Shown: positions 1 to 9,834 of the stretch, piece by piece | Position numbering within the stretch: position 1 is the first letter of the stretch | Layout: the number at the start of each line of letters is the position of its first letter | Virus record (IMG/VR): IMGVR_UViG_3300027763_000036 | Coordinates: 49,522 to 113,521 of that record | Direction: 5' to 3' (one strand) | DNA length: 64,000 nt | From: a virus | Program-made: the position numbers and the translations under genes | The notes under the pieces: model-generated | Databases searched by the model: none | What the model saw: only the letters and a program-made list of their open reading frames with translations | Told to the model about the DNA's origin: nothing

Positions 1-879
1 ATATTAGAGGTATGTCATGGTAGAGTAAAACTACCAGATGATTTTTATGTATTTAACTTTGCATTTGTTTGTGGAAATTATGAACAGCATGCAGGTTATG
101 GACCAATGGCATCAGGGACTCATATTATGGAAGTTCCTTATCAAGAAGTTCCATCTACTGTAGATGTATGTGCTCCACCAACAGTAAACTGTAGAACATG
201 TAATTCTAATCCATGTAACCAAACTGCAGCATGTAGTCTTAATCATCCAATAGTAGATCCAATACCTACAGAGTATGATCCTTTAAATCCTTATGGTAAC
301 ACATGTGTTGCTCCTAGAGTATTTATGAACTGTAAAGGAGAAAAATGGGAACTTGTTCAAGTAATGAATAACTCCGGTTCAAGTGTTACTAGAGTTTATA
401 GAGATCTTTTGCCATTAAGAATGAAGGCAAGTCAAGAAATAGAATGTGATTGTCCAAATCTTTATTGGAATGCTGCAAACGAGGGATGGATTAAAGGAGG
501 ATTTTTATTTACAACATTTCAAACAGGAAGAGTATATTTAAACTACCAAGGTCAAATGGAAGATGATAATGGAAACTTAATGGTTCCGGATCATGATCTT
601 TTAAATGAATACTATGAGTATGCACTAAAAGCTAGAATCTTTGAAAACTTATATTTAAATGGAGAGGATGTAGCACAAAGAATGCAACTTGTAGAACAAA
701 GACTTAAAGCTGCAAGAAACAATGCATTAAGTGTAGTTAATACTCCAAACTTTAGAGAGTTAGAGCAAATGTGGTGGACAAATAGAAAAGCTATGTACGG
801 TAAGTACTATTCTATGTTTCAAAGTTATTCACCTAATGCAGGATATTATAGAAATATAACTGGTAATAGAATTATATAA
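1..879 (+). CDS. Tail ring / tail tubular protein (crAss-like ring protein, P22 gp4-like), 5'-truncated by window edge
   Basis: Frame is open from base 1 (ILEVCHGRVKLPDDF...) to the ATG at 106. 'GRVKLPDDF' and 'VYLNYQGQMEDDNGNLMVPDH...YYEYALK' resemble crAss-like ring proteins. Cys-rich insertion; lies immediately upstream of the muzzle-type gene. Confidence 0.65.
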   Translation: MLEVCHGRVKLPDDFYVFNFAFVCGNYEQHAGYGPMASGTHIMEVPYQEVPSTVDVCAPPTVNCRTCNSNPCNQTAACSLNHPIVDPIPTEYDPLNPYGNTCVAPRVFMNCKGEKWELVQVMNNSGSSVTRVYRDLLPLRMKASQEIECDCPNLYWNAANEGWIKGGFLFTTFQTGRVYLNYQGQMEDDNGNLMVPDHDLLNEYYEYALKARIFENLYLNGEDVAQRMQLVEQRLKAARNNALSVVNTPNFRELEQMWWTNRKAMYGKYYSMFQSYSPNAGYYRNITGNRII

Positions 880-3800
880 TGGGTAAAGAAATTCAAAATA
901 CTAGTCAAACAGTAACTAATAGTTTTTCAAAAGGTCTTAATAAAGATACAGACCCTTCATTTGTAGAATCTGGATTGTGGACACATGCTAGAAACATGGT
1001 TAACAATACAGATGAAGGTAACTTAGGTACATTAACTAATGAGGACTCAAACTATCTCTGTGGAACAAGTGGTGAAACCATGCAGGGTGAGAAAGATATT
1101 ATTGGATTAATACATCTCTTTGCTGATAAGTGGGTAGTCTTTACTGTTGCTAATGTTAATGGAAAACCTGTTAACTCTGAGATTGGTTTATATGAAGAAG
1201 ACTTCTGTAGGTATAGACCAATTGTTTCTGCACCATGTTTAAACTTTAGTAATTTACATCTTATAACTGGTGGATCAAGACAGAAGGGAGATTGTAGATG
1301 GGAAGTTTATTGGGTTGATGGAAATAACGTGGATAGGTATATGGATGTTGGTGATCCTAAAACTTGGCCAGATCCTAATTTTGTTTGGGGAGGTTCTGAT
1401 CAATCAGTAGCTGGTGCCAATTATAATTACTATTTAGATAATAATGGAAATACAGTTCTTTGGCCAATAACTGCTTGGGAACAAAAATGTTTACCAACAA
1501 ATTGTCATATATGTTTTGACACTAATCAACTAGACTGTGATAAAATAAGATTAGCATCTCTTGTTAAAACTCCATGTGTAGAATTATCTATTGCACCTGG
1601 TACAGGTACATTAGAAAATGGAACATACTTTGCAATTGTAGCTTATACAATTAATACTCAGAAAGTAACCAACTATTTTTCTCCAAGTAATTTACAACCG
1701 GTATATACTGAAAGAAATTTATCACAAGGATCTTTACAATTAAATTTAGATTTAGATACAGATAACTTTCAGCAGTTTGAACTTGTAATAGTAGCATCTA
1801 TAAATGAAAATGTTATTGCAAAAAAGATTGGATATTATTCTACATCACAAACAACAATTCTATTAGATGATATCCCACTTACATTAGAGACTATTCCATT
1901 AAGTTTAATTACCATTCAGAATCCTGTGTATGAAACATCTGATCAAATGGTTAATGTTAATCAGTACTTATTAAGGATAGCTCCTAAATCTAAATTTGAT
2001 TTTAACTATCAGCCATTAGCAAATTTAATTAATACCGAATGGGTTTCTGTTGAATATCCAGAAGATTATTATATTAAAGGTGGATCAAAGACTGGATATC
2101 TTAGAGATGAAGTATACTCATTCTTTATACGTTGGGTATATAATACAGGAGATAAATCTGCTTCTTATCACATTCCAGGTAGAGCAGCTGAACCATATAC
2201 ATTTGTTGCACCTAATGGAACTACACAAACTTTATTAGACACTGCATCTTATACAGATATAAATAGTTTTGCAGATGACATAAGACTTTGGCAAACTATA
2301 AATACAGCAACTCAAACTGGTGTATTTTTAATTAATAATCCAATATTACCAGATGGAGGAAAAGTATTAGCATTTGGTAAAATGGGATATTGGGAGTCAA
2401 CAGAATTATATCCACCTAATCAACCAGAAGTTTGGAATTCAAGTTCTCAATGTTGGACAGGAACTACAAATCCAAATTATGATTTATGTGGTACACCAAT
2501 AAGACACCATAAGTTTCCTGATAATGCTTTATCATCTGAAACATATCACTTTAGAGTAGACAATGCAAACTTTGTAGCTAATCCTTCTGATGGTAAAAAA
2601 TATATTAGAATCATGAGTGTTAGATTTAATGGAATCATTTATCCAAAAGATAATGATGGAAATCCAATACCAGGAATAGTTGGTTATGAAATTCTAAGAG
2701 GGTCAAGAGAAGGTAATCAAAGTATAGTAGCTAAAGGTATGATTAATAACTTTAGAGATTATGAAATACAAGGTCAGTCAAAAGGTAATAGAAAAGGGTT
2801 GTACGCAAACTATCCATTTAACTGTAGTATTCCTTTAGGTAATACATTGACACCAACTGATCATGATTATAGATTTAATGATCCATTTATTAAACCAGTA
2901 ACTATAAATTCACAAGGAAATGAAACTTTTGTAAATCAGTTTATACCTGAAAATTTATTAACATTTACTTCTCCAGATACAAGTTTTAGAAATCCATTTT
3001 TAAATCAAACTGAGTTAAAAATATATGGAAGTTTAGAAGGAAACTCAACACATGCATTTGTAGTTCCTAATAAACATCCAGAAAATAAATTAATGAGTGA
3101 TGAAGCATTTTATATTTCTGTTATAGTTGGTTTAGGTAATGCTCTTTTAAATTTATTAGGAAAACAAGAAATGCATACACAAGCAACTCCTGATTTTCAA
3201 GCACCTTATCAAAAATATCCACAATGGAATATAGCAGCTGGTCCAACAGGAGGAACAACAGGTGCTACATTTGATTTAGACGCATTTACAGTTAATGCAG
3301 CCTCAAGTACTTATAATAATTATGTAACTCAAATGCAAAATTATTTTACATTGGGTGGACAATTAAATGCAGCATTAACCGGAGCATTAACATTACAGGA
3401 TATTTATGATACAACATCTCAAACATATGCTAATATAGGATTATCTACTCCACAAGTAATCGTAACAGATTATACAGCAGCAACTGTATTTAACAATCTT
3501 GGTTTAAATCCAGTTGTAACTGGAGCTATAAATGTTGCTATACAAATACCCTATTACTTTGCAGAAGGATTTAATACTACACTAAGAGTAATACAAGCAT
3601 TCTTACCATTTAGACAGTATGCATTACAATCTCTTGCCCATGGTTTCTATGCAAGGTTTGTTCCTCCTGTAAATAGTTTCTTAAAAAGATTTAGTTTAAA
3701 GGATGGATTTTATTTAACAGATAGTAATCAAGAAGTTCCTGATTATTTAAATGGCCTTGGTGGATTTGAAAGATATTCAATAAATAATCTTAATAGAACT

Positions 3801-6371
3801 AAGACAGTATTTTTAAGAACTGCTGCACCTAATAATTTAAATCCGCTTACTGCTCCTGTTATTGGTCCAAGATTGGTTGGAACATATGCGGCTGGTGTTT
3901 TACAACCAGGTAACCAAGAAGATAACACATTAATTAATCTTGGTAAAGCTGTATCTGCTTCATTAGGTGGAGGTATGGCGTTTGACAATGAAACAAGATT
4001 TAATAGTTTTATAGCTAATATTGCTAGTCATTATGTTGGATTAAAATATAATGTACAAAATCAATATGGACAATTAGAAAGTATTAAACAAGTTGTTGCT
4101 ACATCATGTGAAGTTAGATTTGATAAAAATAGTATTTATGATCCAGCAACAAATCCTGATGGAGATGTTTCAATTGTAACAACATCAGCTTTTTGTGGTC
4201 CAACTACTAGTCCTACACAAGTTCAACATACTATATTATTACCAACACAACCAATCTTTGGTGGAGATACTTATATAAACAGATTTACAGAAAAGAATAC
4301 AATGCTATTCTTTTACAATTGGTTATATAATCTTCCTGATGGCACTCCTTGGAATTATGCTTTATATAATAATATTCCAACAGCAAGATACTGGATGAAC
4401 TCTCAACCATATTCTAAAGATGAGAATGTATTATTTGGAGGAGGTATTAACCCTTTATCTATAATTCAAGGATTATTTAATAGTAATCCAAACTTTGGTA
4501 CAGGACCAACTCCTAGAGGTTATTATAATTTAGATAATGATAATTATGATAGACAAACCGATCAAGAAACTGGAGCAGGTTCCTTCCCTAGAGGTTATGA
4601 TGGATTCATGTCTGTTAAAAATTCTTATTTCTATCTAGCTAATTCAGGTGTTAGAGATTTCTTTGTAGAGAGTAATGTACTTGTAGATTTTAGATCTCAA
4701 GGAACTTTCCAATATGAACAGCCATATATACCATATCAGTATACAGATATGCGGCAGTTATTTGATATGAATCCAGAAGTAATTACTAAAGGTAACTTCT
4801 ATAACTATGATTACTCATTAAGTGTTACTAAGTTCTTTACACAATATCTTTCTGCAGGATCTTTACAAGGATTAACATATAATCCTTATGTAGCTGAATT
4901 ATGTTTTACATATTATCCTAACAGAGCATTATATTCGTTATATCAAGATGATGAATCATATGACAATAACTGGTTAATTTATTTACCATTAAACTATGTA
5001 CAGTTTAATGATAGAATAACTACAGTTAAACCTGTAGGGATGAGTGGTATGTTATTTACATTTCCAACTACGGGTCCTTTATTCTATCAAGGTGTGGATC
5101 AATTAACTACAAACTTGGGTAAAAAAGTTACTATAGGTGACGGAGGTTTATTTTCTAACCCGCCTTCATCAGCAGCTAATTCAGATGCTCCATTTGAATA
5201 TGGTTCATCACAAAATATTAGATCAGTAATTTATTCTCCCGCAGGACTTTACTATGTATCAATGAATCAAGGAAAGATATTTTCATATGGAGAAGGAATT
5301 AAAGAAATATCTCAGAATGGTCTTAAGTGGTGGTTTACATTATTTTTACCATATAAGCTTACAGAGGACTTCCCAGATTTTCCACATATAGATAATCCAG
5401 TAGCTGGTATTGGTATACAATCAATGTATGATAGCAGAAACTCATTATTATATTTTAGCAAAAAAGATTATCAGTTAAAACCTAACTTAGGTAAAGTAAT
5501 ATATAGTCCTACTATTAACAGATTTATTTATTCTGGTGTTAAATATCAACTAGGAGATCCAGCAATATTTGATGATGCATCTTGGACAGTAAGTTATGAT
5601 CCTAAGATGAATGTGTTTATTAGTTATCATGACTGGCATCCTGATTTAGCTTTCTCATCTAAAGAAACTGTATTTACTGTAAAGAATAATACTATCTGGA
5701 AACACAATGACACATGTACAGATTTTAATAACTATTATGGTATTCAATATCCTTTTGAGATAGAGTATCCTATAAATACTGGTCAATCACCTACAGTTAT
5801 TAAATCATTTGAATATATTCTTGAGGCTTACAGATATTCTCATCTTAATTGTGTAGATCAGTTCCATGTTCTAGATGCAAACTTTAATCAAGCTGTGGTA
5901 TCTAACACAGAACAAGTATCTGGATATTTAAACTTAAATATATTCCCTAAGAACAACATTACTCTTTCACTTGATTATCCAAAACTAAATCAATCTAACT
6001 TATCTTCATTTGATATTTTATTCTCAAAAGAAGAAAACAAATATAGATTCAACCAGTTCTGGGATATTACAAAAGATAGAGGAGAGTTTCCAATAGGATC
6101 AGATTATCCTCCAACAGGACAACTTATTCCTGGAACTACACAGTTATTAGGTAACTATGCAGATCAAGTTATTTGGAATACACAACCTAACGGTTATATC
6201 AAAACTTTAAATGCAAATAACTTGAATTACAATAAACCTGAAATGCAAAGAAAAAGATTTAGACATTATCTTAATTATCTATTCTTGTCAAAACTTGCAA
6301 CACCAGAAGAAAGAGATATTAACTTTATCCTTAAGATAATAAATAGTAAGAATCAAGCATCATATAGATAA
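879..6371 (+). CDS. Tail stabilisation / muzzle protein (crAss-like, P22 gp10-like beta-propeller)
   Basis: 1830 aa, beta-rich. N-terminal 'NSFSKGLNKDTDPS...WTHARN', 'GYLRDEVYSF', 'PIRHHKFP', 'IFGGDTYINRF', C-terminal 'WTVSYDP...SYHDWHPD' are typical of crAss-like muzzle proteins. TAATG-coupled to the ring gene. Confidence 0.7.
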   Translation: MGKEIQNTSQTVTNSFSKGLNKDTDPSFVESGLWTHARNMVNNTDEGNLGTLTNEDSNYLCGTSGETMQGEKDIIGLIHLFADKWVVFTVANVNGKPVNSEIGLYEEDFCRYRPIVSAPCLNFSNLHLITGGSRQKGDCRWEVYWVDGNNVDRYMDVGDPKTWPDPNFVWGGSDQSVAGANYNYYLDNNGNTVLWPITAWEQKCLPTNCHICFDTNQLDCDKIRLASLVKTPCVELSIAPGTGTLENGTYFAIVAYTINTQKVTNYFSPSNLQPVYTERNLSQGSLQLNLDLDTDNFQQFELVIVASINENVIAKKIGYYSTSQTTILLDDIPLTLETIPLSLITIQNPVYETSDQMVNVNQYLLRIAPKSKFDFNYQPLANLINTEWVSVEYPEDYYIKGGSKTGYLRDEVYSFFIRWVYNTGDKSASYHIPGRAAEPYTFVAPNGTTQTLLDTASYTDINSFADDIRLWQTINTATQTGVFLINNPILPDGGKVLAFGKMGYWESTELYPPNQPEVWNSSSQCWTGTTNPNYDLCGTPIRHHKFPDNALSSETYHFRVDNANFVANPSDGKKYIRIMSVRFNGIIYPKDNDGNPIPGIVGYEILRGSREGNQSIVAKGMINNFRDYEIQGQSKGNRKGLYANYPFNCSIPLGNTLTPTDHDYRFNDPFIKPVTINSQGNETFVNQFIPENLLTFTSPDTSFRNPFLNQTELKIYGSLEGNSTHAFVVPNKHPENKLMSDEAFYISVIVGLGNALLNLLGKQEMHTQATPDFQAPYQKYPQWNIAAGPTGGTTGATFDLDAFTVNAASSTYNNYVTQMQNYFTLGGQLNAALTGALTLQDIYDTTSQTYANIGLSTPQVIVTDYTAATVFNNLGLNPVVTGAINVAIQIPYYFAEGFNTTLRVIQAFLPFRQYALQSLAHGFYARFVPPVNSFLKRFSLKDGFYLTDSNQEVPDYLNGLGGFERYSINNLNRTKTVFLRTAAPNNLNPLTAPVIGPRLVGTYAAGVLQPGNQEDNTLINLGKAVSASLGGGMAFDNETRFNSFIANIASHYVGLKYNVQNQYGQLESIKQVVATSCEVRFDKNSIYDPATNPDGDVSIVTTSAFCGPTTSPTQVQHTILLPTQPIFGGDTYINRFTEKNTMLFFYNWLYNLPDGTPWNYALYNNIPTARYWMNSQPYSKDENVLFGGGINPLSIIQGLFNSNPNFGTGPTPRGYYNLDNDNYDRQTDQETGAGSFPRGYDGFMSVKNSYFYLANSGVRDFFVESNVLVDFRSQGTFQYEQPYIPYQYTDMRQLFDMNPEVITKGNFYNYDYSLSVTKFFTQYLSAGSLQGLTYNPYVAELCFTYYPNRALYSLYQDDESYDNNWLIYLPLNYVQFNDRITTVKPVGMSGMLFTFPTTGPLFYQGVDQLTTNLGKKVTIGDGGLFSNPPSSAANSDAPFEYGSSQNIRSVIYSPAGLYYVSMNQGKIFSYGEGIKEISQNGLKWWFTLFLPYKLTEDFPDFPHIDNPVAGIGIQSMYDSRNSLLYFSKKDYQLKPNLGKVIYSPTINRFIYSGVKYQLGDPAIFDDASWTVSYDPKMNVFISYHDWHPDLAFSSKETVFTVKNNTIWKHNDTCTDFNNYYGIQYPFEIEYPINTGQSPTVIKSFEYILEAYRYSHLNCVDQFHVLDANFNQAVVSNTEQVSGYLNLNIFPKNNITLSLDYPKLNQSNLSSFDILFSKEENKYRFNQFWDITKDRGEFPIGSDYPPTGQLIPGTTQLLGNYADQVIWNTQPNGYIKTLNANNLNYNKPEMQRKRFRHYLNYLFLSKLATPEERDINFILKIINSKNQASYR

Positions 6372-9300
6372 TGAAAAAATCTTTTAAAAAATATGAAGTG
6401 GCAGGTTTACCTGGAGGACCAAATGAATTAAAAAGATTCACTAACGGATTTATTATATCTGAGAGAGGTCAATGGGATTATCCCGGACAACCTACAGCAG
6501 TACCAACTCCTTCTGGTAGAATTACTACTGAAGGAGTAGAAGATGATCTAGTGGGTATTGATAATTTAGGTAACACACAATACATGTCTCCTGATAATGA
6601 ATATCAGTTTGAAGGAGATATGGTATATGAAATACCACAAGCAAAAAAAGGAGGAAGCAAGAAACCATCTAAAAAGTTCTCAAAAAGTCTGATGGCTAAG
6701 AATAGATTATTTGCAAAAAATCCTTTACTTAAAAAATCAAAGTCTGTTAAGAATAAAATCTTTGATCCTTATTCCCCATACTTTCAACCAGGAGGAGAAA
6801 CTTATAATCAGTTACCTTCAAGATACGGAGATGCTTTAAAAAACTTTGTGTATCCTGAAGTAGTTGATTCATCTGAAGAAACAGGTTATGATGCAGCATT
6901 AGGGGTTATTAAACAAAATCCAAATGACCCTATTGCAAATGTAAATAATCCTTGGTGGTATGAACATGAGTTAATGCATCATTTACAAAATCAAGCTGGA
7001 GGAATGAGTACATATGGCGCAGTTGGTTTAAGACCAAATCCTTATGTAGCTTCAGATGAAGCAATAGGTTCTTACTATGATAGAAGAGGGTCAGAATTTG
7101 AAACAGAATTAAATAGAATTTTAGAAGAAAATCCAGATATATTAGAAGAAGAAGCATATGCAAGAGCTGAAGAAGATTTATATAACAATCCAACAACTAC
7201 AGAAGGTGAAGCAAGAAACTATGAAGGATACATAGAAGCTGGTAATCCATCTATCTTCCCAAAAAAACAACAAGATGGCGGAATAATTTTAGATCTTACA
7301 GAAGATCGAATAGAAGAATATAGAAAAGGTGGATACATAGTAGAAGAAATAAATGATTATAAAAAAGGTGGTGCATTACTTACTAAGAAAGTAACATGTA
7401 AAAAATGTGGTTGGACATGGGATGCTGCAGATGGTGGTAATGATCTTACTACTTGTCATAAATGTGGTGGTCAAGGATTAATACATGCACAAACTGGAGG
7501 ATATATAAATGACATTTCTATACCTACATTAACTAGAATGCAACCTGGTGGACCAGTTCCTGAATCTACATATACTCCAATTGATCCAAACTTCTTATCT
7601 GCAAATCCTGATACATATTCTCAAATTGTAAATAAACCTGAAGTTACATCAGAAAGACAAGCTTCAGATATTGGTAAATTAAGAGCAGAGTATCGTGATA
7701 AAAATTCAATGGATAAATTTTTAGATGAAAAGAAAAGACAATATTTAAAAAAGAATAAGGGATTAAATAAAGCTGCTGGAGTTACTATGGAAAATTTTCC
7801 AGAAGATGTTCTTCAAAACTTTACAAATGAGTATAATTATAAAACAAATAATTATGCTGTAAATAAACTTGGTAAGAAAGAAGGATGGAATCCTAAAAGA
7901 AGAGGTGAGTGGGTGGATGAATTAACACCGGGAGAAAAAGATGCTGTTGCTGAATCTAAATATGGATCTAAACTACAACCTAGTTATTGGTCAAGATCAT
8001 TAGCTGGTGTACAAGAACTTGGTAATGCAGCAATTAAATTATTACCGGGAAAACAAGGTGATGTCTTAAAATATAATATCCCAGGACTTACTAAAAAGGA
8101 ACAAAAAGAAATAGCAGAATCAAAAATAGGAGCTCTTGAAACTTTAGCTCCAATGGATATACCAGGAGCAGCAATAGCTAATTTAGTTAAGAATACTGGA
8201 TTATCTACAGGATCAGATTACAAAGAACAGGCTAATGCTTTAGCAGGAGAAAAAATGGCTAATGTATCTGATACAGAAGCAATGGCATTTAATCCATTAA
8301 CTTATGCAGGATTAGAGTCTTTACCTGAACTTGGAGTAAACTTAGCAAGAGGTATTGGTAAAGGTGCAAGCAAGCTTGAAAGGTTTGTTAAAAATGCAAG
8401 GGATATGGAGAAAATATCTAAAGCATATAGTCCCAATCTTACAAAAATGGGCTTCTCATTCTCATCATCTAAACCAGCAGTTGATTTTGTAGGACCAATG
8501 AGAGCACCAGCACATGCTGTTAGTGATGTTCTATCAGGTTTGAAAAATAGAGGGACAAAATGGGATAAAGTTGGTGCAAAAGGAGAAGAACTTTTACATC
8601 CTGATATGATTAATTATCATGGAACATATGCTGGAAGACCAATTGTTGAAGTAAGAATGCCAGATGGTACACCAGAGTTTTTTTATAAATCTTCTGGATG
8701 GGCTGGAAAAGAAGGTGCTGGTTTAAAAGGAACTACAGAAGGACAATGGCAAGTATTTGGAGGATTTAGTGACGTACCAAATACTAAAGATTGGTTTATT
8801 AAAGATGCAGGTTATAAAGATTATTATGGTAGTAACACATTTAAAGGTATGGCTGAAAATCTTGATAATGCTTTAATACAAAAGCTTGGTTTTCAAAATA
8901 CTGATGAATTGGATAATGCAATTAATTTTCAAAATAGATTTGGAAATGTAGATTCATACACACCAATAAGAAAATATGGTGGTACAGCCGCTAAATATGG
9001 ATACTCTGTTGGAAATCTTATAAGAAAAGATAAAGGGGGTGCTGTTAGTGGTACTCAAGGTTTAACAGCTGATTTCTCACAGAGACTTACTCAAATGATT
9101 CTAGATGCTAGATCACAAGGTATAGACTTAGGTGTTGGTTCAGGATATAGATCATATGAAAAACAAAAGAGACTTTGGGAACAAGCTCTTAAGAAATATG
9201 GATCTCCTGAGAAAGCAAGAAAATGGGTAGCTCCTCCGGGAGGGTCATTTCATAATAAAGGTCTTGCAGTTGATTTACATTCAAGTGGAAATGCATTAGG

Positions 9301-9775
9301 TAAAGAAAAAAATGCCAAAGCCACAGAATGGGCACATGCTAATGCTAAGAAGTATGGTTTACATTTTAGAATGGGGCATGAGCCTTGGCACATTGAACCT
9401 ATAGAGAAAACTAAATCAAGTTCTGAGAAAGAAAATGAACATGATCATTCAGATCAAGAAGAGTATGAGCAAATGATTGCAGATAAAAATATGGAGTTTG
9501 AGTTAAAACAAAAAGAATTAGCAGAAAGAGAAAGAAAGTTACATGATGATGATTATAGTAATTGGGAACCTGCTAAAAAAGAAGTTGTAGATCCAAGACA
9601 AGAAATGTTAGATGATTATGCAAAGGTGATTGCTCCAAGCAATCAAAACCTTTTTGAACTCTATACAGCTAATCTTCAAGGTCAAATGAAAAAGGGAGGA
9701 TTTATTATGGAATTAACTGATAAAGAAATTGAAAGATATAGAAAAGGAGGATTTATTATAGAAGAACTTGATTAA
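6371..9775 (+). CDS. Multidomain virion protein: HExxH zincin-like module, Zn ribbon, unknown domain and C-terminal M15B (VanY-like) peptidoglycan peptidase
   Basis: HELMH (6965-6979) plus TEGEAR; CKKC...CHKC; SGYRS..Q...APPGGSFHNKGLAVD...KYG...EPWH (about 9140-9391) is the M15B signature. Modules are separated by xxxGG motifs. Confidence 0.75.
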   Translation: MKKSFKKYEVAGLPGGPNELKRFTNGFIISERGQWDYPGQPTAVPTPSGRITTEGVEDDLVGIDNLGNTQYMSPDNEYQFEGDMVYEIPQAKKGGSKKPSKKFSKSLMAKNRLFAKNPLLKKSKSVKNKIFDPYSPYFQPGGETYNQLPSRYGDALKNFVYPEVVDSSEETGYDAALGVIKQNPNDPIANVNNPWWYEHELMHHLQNQAGGMSTYGAVGLRPNPYVASDEAIGSYYDRRGSEFETELNRILEENPDILEEEAYARAEEDLYNNPTTTEGEARNYEGYIEAGNPSIFPKKQQDGGIILDLTEDRIEEYRKGGYIVEEINDYKKGGALLTKKVTCKKCGWTWDAADGGNDLTTCHKCGGQGLIHAQTGGYINDISIPTLTRMQPGGPVPESTYTPIDPNFLSANPDTYSQIVNKPEVTSERQASDIGKLRAEYRDKNSMDKFLDEKKRQYLKKNKGLNKAAGVTMENFPEDVLQNFTNEYNYKTNNYAVNKLGKKEGWNPKRRGEWVDELTPGEKDAVAESKYGSKLQPSYWSRSLAGVQELGNAAIKLLPGKQGDVLKYNIPGLTKKEQKEIAESKIGALETLAPMDIPGAAIANLVKNTGLSTGSDYKEQANALAGEKMANVSDTEAMAFNPLTYAGLESLPELGVNLARGIGKGASKLERFVKNARDMEKISKAYSPNLTKMGFSFSSSKPAVDFVGPMRAPAHAVSDVLSGLKNRGTKWDKVGAKGEELLHPDMINYHGTYAGRPIVEVRMPDGTPEFFYKSSGWAGKEGAGLKGTTEGQWQVFGGFSDVPNTKDWFIKDAGYKDYYGSNTFKGMAENLDNALIQKLGFQNTDELDNAINFQNRFGNVDSYTPIRKYGGTAAKYGYSVGNLIRKDKGGAVSGTQGLTADFSQRLTQMILDARSQGIDLGVGSGYRSYEKQKRLWEQALKKYGSPEKARKWVAPPGGSFHNKGLAVDLHSSGNALGKEKNAKATEWAHANAKKYGLHFRMGHEPWHIEPIEKTKSSSEKENEHDHSDQEEYEQMIADKNMEFELKQKELAERERKLHDDDYSNWEPAKKEVVDPRQEMLDDYAKVIAPSNQNLFELYTANLQGQMKKGGFIMELTDKEIERYRKGGFIIEELD

Positions 9776-9825
9776 ACTTATTAAGTTTAAACACTATGTT
9801 TTTATTTATTATATTTATATTATAG
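9772..9825 (+). promoter_or_regulatory. Putative late promoter: palindrome TTAAACTTA-T-TAAGTTTAA plus TATATTTATATTATAG
   Basis: Perfect 9-bp inverted repeat at 9772-9790 and AT box at 9810-9825. The same arrangement and spacing recur at 15740-15794. Confidence 0.55.
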
Positions 9826-9834
9826 CGCGTTATA

